Shown in pieces: positions 37,950 to 53,003 of a stretch of DNA of 64,000 nucleotides; the stretch's first letter is position 1, and each line of letters starts with the position of its first letter. This stretch comes from Hypanus sabinus (Eukaryota). The stretch covers positions 62,001-126,000 of the forward strand of contig NW_026779153.1 in assembly GCF_030144855.1 (NCBI RefSeq), written 5' to 3'. Under the pieces are notes generated by a model. The model did no database searches. It was not told where the DNA came from and was given only the letters and a program-made list of their open reading frames with translations. Position numbers and translations under genes: made by a program.

Positions 37950-39346
37950 CTGGAACCGAGAAGGGAATGAGGTGAAAATGAGGATTCCCATATAGAAAGT
38001 TGAAGAGAGTGACATGAGAGAAGGCTGAGACTCTGTAATGTGAAACGGGGATTGGACTGAGGGGCAATGGGGTTAGACTGGGTGGGGTATGAATGATTGA
38101 GAGAAGGAACATCGAGCTCAGAGAACAGCACAGGAACAGGCCCTTCGGACCAACCTGATTCTGCTGACCAGGATGCCAGAGGGACTAATGCCAGCTGCCC
38201 ACACACTGTCCATTTACCTCCGTACCTGCCAGTGAAATGTTAGTGTTTGATACCTGGTTTTTAAACATTGATGCTGTGATTACTGACACAACCTCCCCTG
38301 AAAGTGGTTTCCAGACACCACTAGCTGCATGAAAGAACTTGCCCCATAAATCTCCTTTACACATTCCCCCTCCAGTGCCCTGTGGTATTTGACATTTCCA
38401 TCCTGGGAAAAACACTCGGAACCATCTGCCCTGTCCGTGCCTTGAATCAGTGGATGAATTTACTTCAGGTCTCCCCCAAGCAACATTCCTCTCCGGCAAT
38501 GGCCACTTTGCTTTATTTTTGCCTTGACCACGTTCCTAATCACCTGCAGCCTGTCGAATGACTGGCCCCACTGGCTTTTTCAAAACTGCCACACAGATCC
38601 ACAGGCCAACAGATCTGCTGACTGTAATCAGCCGAGAAGGTTAAACATGCTTGAGTTGCTCCCAGACAGCATCAGATTCTGAGGGGAGACATACACCATC
38701 TGACAAACAAGCAGATTTAGGCCATTTGGCACATCGAGTCGGATCTGACATTCGCATGGCTGATTAATTATCTTAATCAACTCCATTCTGCCTTCTCCTC
38801 GACATCCTGATTGATCAAGAACCTATGAAACTCTGCTTCAAATATCCCCGATCACTTGGCCTCCGCATCCACTCGTGTAAATGAATTCCACAGATCCACC
38901 ACGTACTTGCTGATAAATATTCTTCCTCATCTGTAAAGAGATGACCTTCTATTCTGTGGTTGTGCCCTCGGTGGTAATTCCCTTAACCTCCCAGTCTCAC
39001 CCCAATATCCCCTCACGTTTTCACAGTCTACATCTATCCTGGTGAAGCTCAAACCAAAAATCCCAACCGGGCAACGGGACAGGGCCTCTAATTGCTGGGA
39101 GCGAGGGAAATGCTCCTCCACCCTTTAACCGTTCGGACTCTGCAGTGATTTGGACAGCCTGCACTACAATCCGACTCTCTCCCAGCACCTGCAGCTGGAC
39201 CTGACAACCAGGAACCACGGAGGATCAGGACCTTGAGAAGGACAGTGATGCAGTCAGGGCAACAATCTGCTCAACACTGGAGTTCACTCAATAGCACAGC
39301 AGAGGTTTCAGCGTAAAGCACACACTCGCTGCCCACCCACACTCAC

Positions 39347-39661
39347 CTGTGCAGGAGACTCCAGCGTCCTCTGCGTGGGAACAGTTATTCACCCCCCATG
39401 GGCTGGCCGGGCACTGGTCGAGAGCAGGCTCTGTCCCCTTACACTTCACCCCATCCAGCCAGATCTTCCCAGTGCCCTCTCCGTAGGAGGCATCTGTTGT
39501 TACCGACTCAGATGTCCCACAGTTCAAAATCCTGCAGACCACGTCCGCTTCACTCCTATTCCAGCTCCTGCCACAGACGGTGCCCCAGGTAGAGTTATGA
39601 TAGAGCTCGACTCTCCCAGAGCACATGTTGTTCCCGTTCACCAGCCGGACGGGGACTGGGC
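39347..39661 (-). CDS. SRCR exon e24 (315 nt)
   Basis: VELY variant. Confidence 0.9.
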
Positions 39662-41058
39662 CTGGAACCGAGAAGGGAATGAGGTTAAAACAGGGATTCT
39701 CATATTGAAAGTTGATGAGAGTGACGTGCGAGAAGGCTGCGACTCTCCAATGTGAAACGGGGATTGGACTGAGGGGCAATGGGGTTACACTGGGTGGGGT
39801 ATGAATGACTGAGGGAAGGAACATCGAGCTCAGAGAACAGCACAGGAACAGGCCTTTCGGACCAACCTGATTCTGCTGACCAGGATGCCAGAGGGACTAA
39901 TGCCAGCTGCCCACACACTGTCCATTTACCACCATACCTGCCAGTGAAATGTTAGTGTTTGATACCTGGTTTTTAAACATTGATGCTGTGATTACTGACA
40001 CAACCTCCCCTGAAAGTGGTTTCCAGACACCACTAGCTGCATGAAAGAACTTGCCCCATAAATCTCCTCTACGCATTCCCTCTCAAGTGCTCTGTGGTAT
40101 TTGACATTTCCATCCTGGGAAAAACACTCTGAACCATCTGCCCTGTCCGTGCCTCGAATCAGTGGATGAATTTACTTCAGGTCTTCCCCAAGCAACATTC
40201 CTCTCCTGCAATGGCCACTTTGCTTTATTTTTGCCTTGACCACGTTCCTAATCACCTGCAGCCTGTCGAATGACTGGCCCCACTGGCTTTTTCAAAACTG
40301 CCACACAGATCCACAGGCCAACAGATCTGCCGACTGTAATCGGCCGAGAAGGTTAAACATGCTTGAGTTGCTCCCAGACAGCATCAGATTCTGAGGGGAG
40401 ACTTACACCATCCGACAAACGAGCAGATTTAGGCCATTTGGCACATCGAGTCGGATCGAACATTCGCATGGCTGATTCATTATCTTAATCAACTGCATTC
40501 TGCCTTCTCCTCGACATCCTGATTGATCAAGAACCTATGAAACTCTGCTTCAAATATCCCCGATCACTTGGCCTCCGCATCCACCCGTGGAAATGAATTC
40601 CACAGATTCACCACGTACTTGCTGATAAATATTCTTCCTCATCTGTAAAGAAATGTCCTTCTATTCTGAGGATGTGCCCTCGGTGGTAATTCCCATAACC
40701 TCCCAGTCTCACCCCAATATCCTGTCACGTTTTCACAGTCTACATCTATCCTGGTGAAGCTCAAACCAAAAATCCCAACCGGGCAACGGGACAGGGCCTC
40801 TAATTGCTGGGAGCGAGGGAAATGCTCCTCCACCCTTTAACCGTTCGGACTCTGCAGTGATTTGGACAGCCTGCACTACAATCCGACTCTCTCCCAGCAC
40901 CTGCAGCTGGACCTGACAACCAGGAACCACGGAGGATCAGGACCTTGAGAAGGACAGTGATGCAGTCAGGGCAACAATCCGTTCAACACTGGAGTTCACT
41001 TAATTGCACACCGAAGGTTTCAGTGTAAAGCACACACTCGCTGCCCACCCACACTCAC

Positions 41059-41373
41059 CTGTGCAGGAGACTCCAGCGTCCTCTGCGTGGGAACAGTTAT
41101 TCACCCCCCATGGGCTGGCCGGGCACTGGTCGAGAGCAGGCTCTGTCCCCTTACACTTCACCCCATCCAGCCAGATCTTCCCAGTGCCCTCTCCGTAGGA
41201 GGCATCTGTTGTTACCGACTCAGATGTCCCACAGTTCAAAATCCTGCAGACCACGTCCGCTTCACTCCTATTCCAGCTCCTGCCACAGACGGTGCCCCAG
41301 GTAGAGTTATGATAGACCTCGACTCTCCCAGAGCACATGTTGTTCCCGTTCACCAGCCGGACGGGGACCGGGC
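41059..41373 (-). CDS. SRCR exon e25 (315 nt)
   Basis: Consensus-type domain. Confidence 0.9.
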
Positions 41374-42524
41374 CTGAAACAGATCAGGGAGAGGGGAGGG
41401 TGGTGTGGGGGGAGGGGGGGTTCCAGTTAGTTCACTCCTGGTAATGTCCCTATTTTGCCTCAGAGTGGCCACTCGGTTCCCTCGAATAAACAATATTACA
41501 GCACACTTCACACACTTGGCCCATGATGTTAATCTCTTCCAAGATCAATCTCACGTAAACCTCCATTTTTCGGTCATTCCTGTGAAGTCCCTAATGTGTC
41601 TGTCTCGGCCACCACCTCTGACAGCACATTCTAGACTTCCTCCACTCTCTGTGTAAAACCTGACCTCTGACTACACCCCAGCCCACCCCAATACCCACCC
41701 TGTACCCTCCTCCATCACCTTAAAATTATTCCCTCATGTGAGTCATTTCTGTCCTGGGACTGATGCCTCCCCCGGAGGGTCGTTCCTCCCATTACAGCCC
41801 GCACCAGTATCCAAGGCGGAATGCTTATTATTTAACGGGACAACCACAGTGGTACACTCACTGTCTACCTATTCCCTTTCCCTCTCCTCACAGACACGCA
41901 GGTACCTGCCTCCTGTAACTTAGGGGCTTCTATCCATCATCTCCTCATTCTCCCGTACGCACCAAAGGCCATCCAGATCCAACTCCAGTTCTTCAACGCA
42001 CGACTCTCAGGAGCTGACACTCAGAGCCCGTATAGTTATCAGAGAGACTGCAGGTCTCCCAAAGTTCCCACATCTCCCATGAAGAACACACCACTGACCC
42101 TGGCCCCATTCTCACTGTAATACTCGACAGAAATAGACCAAGAGAAAAGGAAATTTACCTCGGCCTCCACCTCTACTTACTGATTCTCATGGCAGACAGA
42201 CAGACAGACATACTTTATTGATCCCGAGGGAAATTGGGTATTGTTACAGCCGCAACAAGAACAGAAAGAAATAGAGCAATATAAAACCATAAATGATTAA
42301 ATAATAATAAGTTAATCATGCCAAGTGGAAGTGAGTACGTGCATCCAACTATGGCAGAGTCATCAGAAAACTTCCGAAGAAGGCAAGACTCTGTGTTGTA
42401 GTTGAGGAACTCGAGAAGGACAGAGATGCAGTCAGGTGAACAATCCGTTTAACATCGGAGTTCACTTAATTGCACACCGAAGGTTTCAGTGTAAAGCACA
42501 CACTCACTGCCCACCCACACTCAC

Positions 42525-42836
42525 CTGTGCAGGAGACTCCAGCGTCCTCTGCGTGGGAGCAGTTATTCACCCCCCATGGGCTGGCAGGGCACTGGTCGAG
42601 AGCAGGCTCTGTCCCCTTACACTTCACCCCATCCAGCCAGATCTTCCCAGTGCCCTCTCTGTAGGAGGCATCTGTTGTTACCGACTCAGATGTCCCACAG
42701 TTCAAAATCCTGCAGACCACGTCCGCTTCACTCTTATTCCAGTTCCTGCCACAGACGGTGCCCCAGGTAGAGTTATGATAGACCTCGACTCTCCCAGAGC
42801 ACACGTTCCCGTTCACCAGCCGGACGGGGACCGGGC
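42525..42836 (-). CDS. SRCR exon e26 (312 nt)
   Basis: NGNVC, GRNWNKSE, SYREG (mosaic). Confidence 0.9.
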
Positions 42837-44223
42837 CTGGAACCGAGAAGGGAATGAGGTGAAAATGAGGTGAAAGTTGAAGAGAGTGACATGAGAGAAG
42901 GCTGAGACTCTGTAATGTGAAACGGGGATTGGACTGAGGGTCAATGGGGTTAGACTGGGTGGGGTATGAATGATTGAGAGAAGGAACATCGAGCTCAGAG
43001 AACAGCACAGGAACAGGCTCTTCGGACCAACCTGATTCTGCTGACCAGGATGCCAGAGGGACTAATGTCAGCTGCCCACACACTGTCCATTTACCACCAT
43101 ACCTGCCAGTGAAATGTTAGTGTTTGATACCTGGTTTTTAAACACTGATCCTGTGATTACTGACACAACCTCCCCTGAAAGTGGTTTCCAGACACCACTA
43201 GCTGCATGAAAGAACTTGCCCCATAAATCTCCTTTACACATTCCCCCTCCAGTGCCCTGTGGTATTTGACATTTCCATCCTGGGAAAAACACTCTGAACC
43301 ATCTGCCCTGTCCGTGCCTCGAATCAGTGGATGAATTTACTTCAGGACTCCCCCAAGCAACATTCCTCTCCTGCAATGGCCACTTTGCTTTATTTTTGTC
43401 TTGACCACGTTCCTAATCACCTGCAGCCTGTCGAATGACTGGCCCCACTGGCTTTTTCAAAACTGCCACACAGATCCACAGGCCAACAGATCTGCCGACT
43501 GTAATCGGCCGAGAGGGTTAAACATGCTTGAGTTGCTCCCAGACAGCATCAGATTCTGAGGGGAGACTTACACCAACAGACAAACGAGCAGATTTAGGCC
43601 ATTTGGCACATCGAGTCGGATCTGACATTCGCATGGCTGATTAATTATCTTAATCAACTCCATTCTGCCTTCTCCTCGACATCCTGATTGATCAAGAACC
43701 TATGAAACTCTGCTTCAAATATCCCCGATCACTTGGCCTCCGCATCCACTCGTGTAAATGAATTCCACAGATCCACCACGTACTTGCTGATAAATATTCT
43801 TCCTCATCTGTAAAGAGATGACCTTCTATTCTGTGGTTGTGCCCTCGGTGGTAATTCCCTTAACCTCCCAGTCTCACCCCACTATCCCCTCACGTTTTCA
43901 CAGTCTACATCTATCCTGGTGAAGCTCAAACCAAAAATCCCAACCCGGCAACGGGACAGGGCCTCTAATTGCTGGGAGCGAGGGATCTACTCCTCCACCC
44001 TTTAAACATTCGGACTCTGCAGGGATTTGGACAGCCTGCACTACAATCCGACTCTCTCCCAGCACCTGCAGCTGGACCTGACAACCAGGAACCACGGAGG
44101 ATCAGGACCTTGAGAAGGACAGTGATGCAGTCAGGGCAACAATCTGCTCAACACTGGAGTTCACTCAATAGCACAGCAGAGGTTTCAGCGTAAAGCACAC
44201 ACTCGCTGCCCACCCACACTCAC

Positions 44224-44538
44224 CTGTGCAGGAGACTCCAGCGTCCTCTGCGTGGGAACAGTTATTCACCCCCCATGGGCTGGCAGGGCACTGGTCGAGA
44301 GCAGGCTCTGTCCCGTTACACTTCACCCCATCCAGCCAGATCTTCCCAGTGCCCTCTCCGTAGGAGGCATCTGTTGTTACCGACTCAGATGTCCCACAGT
44401 TCAAAATCCTGCAGACCACGTCTGCCGCCATCTTATTCCAGCTCCTGCCACAGACGGTGCCCCAGGTAGAGTTATGATAGACCTCGACTCTCCCAGAGCA
44501 CATGTTGTTCCCGTTCACCAGCCGGACGGGGACTGGGC
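44224..44538 (-). CDS. SRCR exon e27 (315 nt)
   Basis: NKMAAD, CNGT. Confidence 0.9.
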
Positions 44539-45687
44539 CTGAAACAGATCGGGGAGAGGGGAGGGTGGTGTGGGGGGGGGGGGTTCCAGTTAGTTCACTC
44601 CTGGTAATGTACCTATTTTGCCTCAGATTGGCCATTCGATTCCCTAGAATAAATAATATTACAGCACATTAAACACACTTGGCCCATGATGTTAATCTCT
44701 TCCAAGATCAATCTCACGTAACCCTCCATTTTTCGGTCATTCCTGTGAAGTCCCTAATGTGTCTGTCTCGACCACCACCTCTGACAGCACATTCTATACA
44801 TCCTCCACTCTCTGTGTAAAACCTGACCTCTGACTACACCCCAGCCCACACCAATACCCACCCTGTACCCTCCTCCATCACATTAAAATTATTCCCTCAT
44901 GTGAGTCATTTCTGTTCTGTGACTTTTGCCTCCCCCGGAGGGTCGTTCCTCCCATTACAGCCCGCACCAAAATCCAAGGCGGAATGCTTATTATTTAACG
45001 GGACAACCACAGTGATACACTCACTGTCTACCTATTCCCTTTCCCTCTCCTCACAGACACCCAGGTACCTGCCTCCTGTAACTTAGGGGCTTCTATCCAT
45101 CATCTCCTCATTCTCCCGTACGCACCAAAGGCCATCCAGATTCAACTCCAGTTCTTCAACGCACGACTCTGAGGAGCTGACACTCAGAGCCCGTCTAGTT
45201 ATCAGAGAGACTGCAGGTCTCCCAAAGTTCCCACATCTCCCATGAAGAACACACCACTGACCCTGGCCCCATTCTCATTGTAATACTCGACAGAAATAGA
45301 CCAAGAGAAAAGGAAATTTACCTCGGCCTCCACCTCTACTTACTGATTCTCATGGCAGACAGACAGACAGACATACTTTATTGATCCCGAGGGAAATTGG
45401 GTATTGTTACAGCCGCAACAAGAACAGAAAGAAATATAGCAATATAAAACCAGAAATGATCAAATAATAATAAGTTAATCATGCCAAGTGGAAGTGAGTA
45501 AGTGCATCCAACTATGGCAGAGTCATCAGAAAACTTCCGAAGAAGGCAAGACTCTGTGTTGTAGTTGAGGAACTCGAGAAGGACAGAGATGCAGTCAGGT
45601 GACCAATCCGTTCAACATCGGAGTTCACTTAATTGCACACCGAAGGTTTCAGTGTAAAGCACACACTCGCTGCCCACACACACTCAC

Positions 45688-46002
45688 CTGTGCAGGAGAC
45701 TCCAGCGTCCTCTGCGTGGGAGCAGTTATTCACCCCCCATGGGCTGGCAGGGCACTGGTCGAGAGCAGGCTCTGTCCCGTTACACTTCACCCCATCCAGC
45801 CAGATCTTCCCAGTGCCCTCTCCGTAGGAGGCATCTGTTGTTACCGACTCAGATGTCCCACAGTTCAAAATCCTGCAGACCACGTCTGCCGCCATCTTAT
45901 TCCAGCTCCTGCCACAGACAGTGCCCCAGGTAGAGTTATGATAGACCTCGACTCTCCCAGAGCACATGTTGTTCCCCTTCACCAGCCGGACGGGGACTGG
46001 GC
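45688..46002 (-). CDS. SRCR exon e28 (315 nt)
   Basis: VKGNN, NKMAAD, CNGT. Confidence 0.9.
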
Positions 46003-47150
46003 CTGAAACAGATCGGGGAGAGGGGAGGGTGGTGTGGGGGGGGGGGTTCCAGTTAGTTCACTCCTGGTAATGTACCTATTTTGCCTCAGATTGGCCATTC
46101 GATTCCCTAGAATAAATAATATTACAGCACATTAAACACACTTGGCCCATGATGTTAATCTCTTCCAAGATCAATCTCACGTAACCCTCCATTTTTCGGT
46201 CATTCCTGTGAAGTCCCTAATGTGTCTGTCTCGACCACCACCTCTGACAGCACATTCTATACATCCTCCACTCTCTGTGTAAAACCTGACCTCTGACTAC
46301 ACCCCAGCCCACACCAATACCCACCCTGTACCCTCCTCCATCACATTAAAATTATTCCCTCATGTGAGTCATTTCTGTTCTGTGACTTTTGCCTCCCCCG
46401 GAGGGTCGTTCCTCCCATTACAGCCCGCACCAAAATCCAAGGCGGAATGCTTATTATTTAACGGGACAACCACAGTGATACACTCACTGTCTACCTATTC
46501 CCTTTCCCTCTCCTCACAGACACCCAGGTACCTGCCTCCTGTAACTTAGGGGCTTCTATCCATCATCTCCTCATTCTCCCGTACGCACCAAAGGCCATCC
46601 AGATTCAACTCCAGTTCTTCAACGCACGACTCTGAGGAGCTGACACTCAGAGCCCGTCTAGTTATCAGAGAGACTGCAGGTCTCCCAAAGTTCCCACATC
46701 TCCCATGAAGAACACACCACTGACCCTGGCCCCATTCTCATTGTAATACTCGACAGAAATAGACCAAGAGAAAAGGAAATTTACCTCGGCCTCCACCTCT
46801 ACTTACTGATTCTCATGGCAGACAGACAGACAGACATACTTTATTGATCCCGAGGGAAATTGGGTATTGTTACAGCCGCAACAAGAACAGAAAGAAATAT
46901 AGCAATATAAAACCAGAAATGATCAAATAATAATAAGTTAATCATGCCAAGTGGAAGTGAGTAAGTGCATCCAACTATGGCAGAGTCATCAGAAAACTTC
47001 CGAAGAAGGCAAGACTCTGTGTTGTAGTTGAGGAACTCGAGAAGGACAGAGATGCAGTCAGGTGACCAATCCGTTCAACATCGGAGTTCACTTAATTGCA
47101 CACCGAAGGTTTCAGTGTAAAGCACACACTCGCTGCCCACACACACTCAC

Positions 47151-47465
47151 CTGTGCAGGAGACTCCAGCGTCCTCTGCGTGGGAGCAGTTATTCACCCCC
47201 CATGGGCTGGCAGGGCACTGGTCGAGAGCAGGCTCTGTCCCCTTACACTTCACCCCATCCAGCCAGATCTTCCCAGTGCCCTCTCCGTAGGAGGCATCTG
47301 TTGTTACCGACTCAGATGTCCCACAGTTCAAAATCCTGCAGACCACATCCGCTTCACTCCTATTCCAGCTCCTGCCACAGACGGTGCCCCAGGTAGAGTT
47401 ATGATAGACCTCGACTCTCCCAGAGCACATGTTGTTCCCGTTCACCAGCCGGACGGGGACCGGGC
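47151..47465 (-). CDS. SRCR exon e29 (315 nt)
   Basis: Consensus-type domain. Confidence 0.9.
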
Positions 47466-48860
47466 CTGGAAACGAGAAGGGAATGAGGTTAAAATGAGGA
47501 TTCCCATATTGAAAGTTGATGAGAGTGACGTGAGAGAAGGCTGAGATTCTGCAATGTGAAACGGGGATTGGACTGGGGGGCAATGGGGTTAGACTGAGTG
47601 GGGTATGAATGACTGAGGGAAGGAACATCGAGCTCAGAGAACAGCACAGGAACAGGCCCTTCGGACCAACCTGATTCTGCTGACCAGGATGCCAGAGGGA
47701 CTAATGCCAGCTGCCCACACACTGTCCATTTACCTCCATACCTGCCAGTGAAATGTTAGTGTTTGATACCTGGTTTTTAAACATTGATGCTGTGATTACT
47801 GACACAACCTCCCCTGAAAGTGGTTTACAGACACCACTGTCTGTATGAAAGAACTTGCCCCATAAATCTCCTCTACACATTCCCCCTCCAGTGCCCTGTG
47901 GTATTTGACATTTCCATCCTGGGAAAAACACTCTGAACCATCTGCCCTGTCCGTGCCTCGAATCAGTGGATGAATTTACTTCAGGTCTCCCCCAAGCAAC
48001 ATTCCTCTCCTGCAATGGCCACTTTGCTTTATTTTTGCCTTGACCACGTTCCTAATCACCTGCAGCCTGTCGAATGACTGGCCCCACTGGCTTTTTCAAA
48101 ACTGCCACACAGATCCACAGGCCAACAGATCTGCTGACTGAAGTAGGGCCGAGAAGGTTAAACATGCTTGAGTTGCTCCCAGACAGCATCAGATTCTGAG
48201 GGGAGACTTACACCATCCGATAAACGAGCAGATTTAGGCCATTTGGCACATCGAGTCGGATCTGACATTCGCATGGCTGATTAATTATCTTAATCAACTG
48301 CATTCTGCCTTCTCCTCGACATCCTGATTGATCAAGAACCTATGAAACTCTGCTTCAAATATCCCCGATCACTTGGCCTCCGCATCCACTCGTGTAAATG
48401 AATTCCACAGATTCACCACGTACTTGCTGATAAATATTCTTCATCTGTAAAGAGATGTCCTTCTATTCTGAGGATGTGCCCTCGGTGGTAATTCCCTTAA
48501 CCTCCCAGTCTCACTCCACTATCCCCTCACGTTTTCACAGTCTACATCTATCCTGGTGAAGCTCAATCCAAAAATCCCAACCCGGCAACGGGACAGGGCC
48601 TCTAATTGCTGGGAGCGAGGGAAATGCTCCTCCACCCTTTAACCGTTCGGACTCTGCAGTGATTTGGACAGCCTGCACTACAATCCGACTCTCTCCCAGC
48701 ACCTGCAGCTGGACCTGACAACCAGGAACCACGGAGGATCAGGACCTTGAGAAGGACAGTGATGCAGTCAGGGCAACAATCCGTTCAACATCGGAGTTCA
48801 CTTAATTGCACACCGAAGGTTTCAGTGTAAAGCACACACTCGCTGCCCACCCACACTCAC

Positions 48861-49175
48861 CTGTGCAGGAGACTCCAGCGTCCTCTGCGTGGGAGCAGTT
48901 ATTCACCCCCCATGGGCTGGCAGGGCACTGGTCGAGAGCAGGCTCTGTCCCCTTACACTTCACCCCATCCAGCCAGATCTTCCCAGTGCCCTCTCCGTAG
49001 GAGGCATCTGTTGTTACCGACTCAGATGTCCCACAGTTCAAAATCCTGCAGACCACGTCCGCTTCACTCCTATTCCAGCTCCTGCCACAGACGGTGCCCC
49101 AGGTAGAGTTATGATAGACCTCGACTCTCCCAGAGCACATGTTGTTCCCGTTCACCAGCCGGACGGGGACTGGGC
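48861..49175 (-). CDS. SRCR exon e30 (315 nt)
   Basis: Consensus-type domain. Confidence 0.9.
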
Positions 49176-50328
49176 CTGGAACAGATCGGGGAGAGGGGAG
49201 GGTGGTGTGGGGGGGGGGGGGTCCAGTTAGTTCACTCCTGGTAATGTCCCTATTTTGCCTCAGAGTGGCCACTCGGTTCCCTCGAATAAACAATATTACA
49301 GCACACTTCACACACTTGGCCCATGATGTTAATCTCTTCCAAGATCAATCTCACGTAAACCTCCATTTTTCGGTCATTCCTGTGAAGTCCCTAATGTGTC
49401 TGTCTCAACCACCACCTCTGACAGCACATTCTAGACATCCTCCACTCTCTGAGTAAAACCTGACCTCTGACTACACCCCAGCCCACCCCAATACCCACCC
49501 TGTACACTCCTCCATCACCTTAAAATTATTCCCTCATGTGAGTCATTTCTGTCCTGGGACTGTTGCCTCCCCCGGAGGGTCGTTCCTCCCATTACAGCCC
49601 GCACCAGTATCCAAGGCGGAATGCTTATTATTTAACGGGACAACCACAGTGGTACACTCACTGTCTACCTATTCCCTTTCCCTCTCCTCACAGACACCCA
49701 GGTACCTGCCTCCTGTAACTTAGGGGCTTCTATCCATCATCTCCTCATTCTCCCGTACGCACCAAAGGTCATCCAGATTCAACTCCAGTTCTTCAACGCA
49801 CGACTCTGAGGAGCTGACACTCAGAGCCCGTATAGTTATCAGAGAGACTGCAGGTCTCCCAAAGTTCCCACATCTCCCATGAAGAACACACCACTGACCC
49901 TGGCCCCATTCTCACTGTAATACTCGACAGAAATAGACCAAGAGAAAAGGAAATTTACCTCGGCCTCCACCTCTACTTACTGATTCTCATGGCAGACAGA
50001 CAGACAGACATACATACTTTATTGATCCCGAGGGAAATTGGGTATTGTTACAGCCGCAACAAGAACAGAAAGAAATAGAGCAATATAAAACCATAAATGA
50101 TCAAATAATAATAAGTTAATCATGCCAAGTGGAAGTGAGTAAGTGCATCCAACTATGGCAGAGTCATCAGAAAACTTCCGAAGAAGGCAAGACTCTGTGT
50201 TGTAGTTGAGGAACTCGAGAAGGACAGAGATGCAGTCAGGTGAACAATCCGTTCAACATCGGAGTTCACTTAATTGCACACCGAAGGTTTCAGTGTAAAG
50301 CACACACTCACTGCCCACCCACACTCAC

Positions 50329-50640
50329 CTGTGCAGGAGACTCCAGCGTCCTCTGCGTGGGAGCAGTTATTCACCCCCCATGGGCTGGCAGGGCACTGGT
50401 CGAGAGCAGGCTCTGTCCCCTTACACTTCACCCCATCCAGCCAGATCTTCCCAGTGCCCTCTCCGTAGGAGGCATCTGTTGTTACCGACTCAGATGTCCC
50501 ACAGTTCAAAATCCTGCAGACCACGTCCGCTTCACTCTTATTCCAGCTACTGCCACAGACGGTGCCCCAGGTAGAGTTATGATAGACCTCGACTCTCCCA
50601 GAGCACACGTTCCCGTTCACCAGCCGGACGGGGACCGGGC
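50329..50640 (-). CDS. SRCR exon e31 (312 nt)
   Basis: NGNVC, GSSWNKSE. Confidence 0.9.
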
Positions 50641-51346
50641 CTGGAACCGAGAAGGGAATGAGGTGAAAATGAGGATTCCCATATAGAAAGTTGAAGAGAG
50701 TGACATGAGAGAAGGCTGAGACTCTGTAATGTGAAACGGGGATTGGACTGAGGGGCAATGGGGTTAGACTGGGTGGGGTATGAATGATTGAGAGAAGGAA
50801 CATCGAGCTCAGAGAACAGCACAGGAACAGGCCCTTCGGACCAACCTGTTTCTGCTGACCAGGATGCCAGAGGGTCTAATGCCAGCTGCCCACACACTGT
50901 CCATTTACCTCCATACCTGCCAGTAAAATGTTAGTATTTGATACCTGGTTTTTAAACATTGATGCTGTGATTACTGACACAACCTCCCCTGAAAGTGGTT
51001 TCCAGACACCACTCGCTGCATGAAAGAACTTGCCCCATAAATCTCCTCTACACATTCCCCCTCCAGTGCCCTGTGGTATTTGACATTTCCATCCTGGGAA
51101 AAACACTCTGAAGCATCTGCCCTGTCCGTGCCTCGAATCAGTGGATGAATTTACTTCAGGTCTCCCTCAAGCAACATTCCTCTCCTGCAATGGCCACTTT
51201 GCTTTATTTTTGCCTTGACCACGTTCCTAATCACCTGCAACCTGTCGAATGACTGGCCCCACTGGCTTTTTCAAAACTTCGCTAACATCCACAGGCCAAC
51301 GGATCTGCTGACTGTAATATGGCCGAGAAGGTTAAATATTCTTGAG

Positions 51347-52310
51347 ATAGATAGATAGATAGATAGATACTTTATTCATCCCCAAGGGGAAATTCAACAT
51401 TTTTCCAGTGTCCCATACAGTTATTGTAGCAAAACTAATTACATACAGTATTTAACTCAGTATAAATATGATATGCATCTAAAATCACCCTCTCAAAAAG
51501 CATTAATAAATAGCTTTTAAAGTGTTCTTAAATAGTTTACTACAGTGCATTGAGTGGTAACTTAAGCTCAGTCCTAACCCCGGCACTTGAACATGTCTTG
51601 CCCCTGGTGGTTGAATTGTAGAGCCGAATGGCGTCGGGGAGTAATGATCTCTTCATCCTGTCTGAGGAGCATTGCATTGACAGCAACCTGCCGCTGAAGC
51701 TGCTTCTCTGTCTCTGGATGGTGCTGTGCAGAGGATGTTCAGGGTTTTCCATGATTGACCGTAGCCTACTCAGCACCCTCCGCTCTGCCACCGATGTCAT
51801 ACTCTCCAGTTCTGTGCCCACGACAGAGGCAGCCTTCATTACCAGCTTATTAAGACGTGAGGCGTCCCTCTTCTTAATGCTGCCTCCCCAGCACGCCACC
51901 ACAAAGAAGAGGGTGCTCTCCACAACTGACCGATAGAACATCTTCAGCATCTCACTACAAACATTGAATGACGCCAGCCTTCTGAGGAAGTACAGTCGAC
52001 TCTGTGCTTTCCTGCACAGGGCATCTGTGTTGGCAGTCCAGTCTAGCTTCTCGTCTAACTGCACTCCCAGATACTTGTAGGTCTTAACCTGCTCCGCACA
52101 TTCTCCATTAATGATCACTGGCTCCATATGAGGCCTAGATCTCCTACAGTCTACCACCATCTCCTTGGTCTTGGTGATATTGAGACGCAGGTAGTTTGAG
52201 TTGCACCATATCACAAAGTCCTGTATCAGTTTCCTATACTCTTCCTCCTGACCATTCCTGACACACCCCACTATGGCCGTGTCATCAGCGAACTTCTGCA
52301 CATGGCAGGA
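51347..52310 (-). mobile_element. Rex1/Babar-type LINE fragment, copy 3 (duplicated with the higher-order repeat)
   Basis: Same junctions, +20256 bp from copy 2; same ORF translation as copy 2. Confidence 0.88.
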
Positions 52311-53003
52311 CTCCCAGACAGCAAAAGACTCTGAGGGGAGACTTACACCATCAATCAAACGAGCAGATTTAGGCCATTTGGCACTTCGAGTCAGATCTGA
52401 CATTTGCAAGGCTGGTTATCTTAATCAACCCCATTCTGCCTCCTCCCTGTAATCTTTGACATCCTGATTGATCAAGAACCTATGAAACTCTGCTTCAAAT
52501 ATCCCCGATCACTTGGCCTCCGCATCCACTCGTGGAAATGAATTCCACAGATTCACCACGTACTTGCTGATAAATATTCTTCCTCATCTGTAAAGAGAAG
52601 ACCTTCTATTCTGAGGATGTGCCCTCGGTGGTAATTCCCTTAACCTCCCAGTCTCACCCCAATATCCTGTCACGTTTTCACAGTCTACATCTATCCTGGT
52701 GAAGCTCAAACCAAAAATCCCAACCCGGCAACGGGACAGGGCCTCTAATTGCTGGGAGCGAGGGAAATGCTCCTCCACCCTTTAACCGTTCGGACTCTGC
52801 AGTGATTTGGACAGCCTGCACTACAATCCGACTCTCTCCCAGCACCTGCAGCTGGACCTGACAACCAGGAACCACGGAGGATCAGGACCTTGAGAAGGAC
52901 AGTGATGCAGTCAGGGCAACAATCTGCTCAACACTGGAGTTCACTCAATAGCACAGCAGAGGTTTCAGTGTAAAGCACACACTCGCTGCCCACCCACACT
53001 CAC

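Larger units (their letters stand above)
18126..41058. repeat. Higher-order repeat copy 1 (12-exon unit plus an internal 2675-bp duplication; e12-e24); boundaries approximate
   Basis: ORF offsets to copy 2 are 22929-22933 for e12-e18 and 20256 for e19-e24. Confidence 0.92.
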
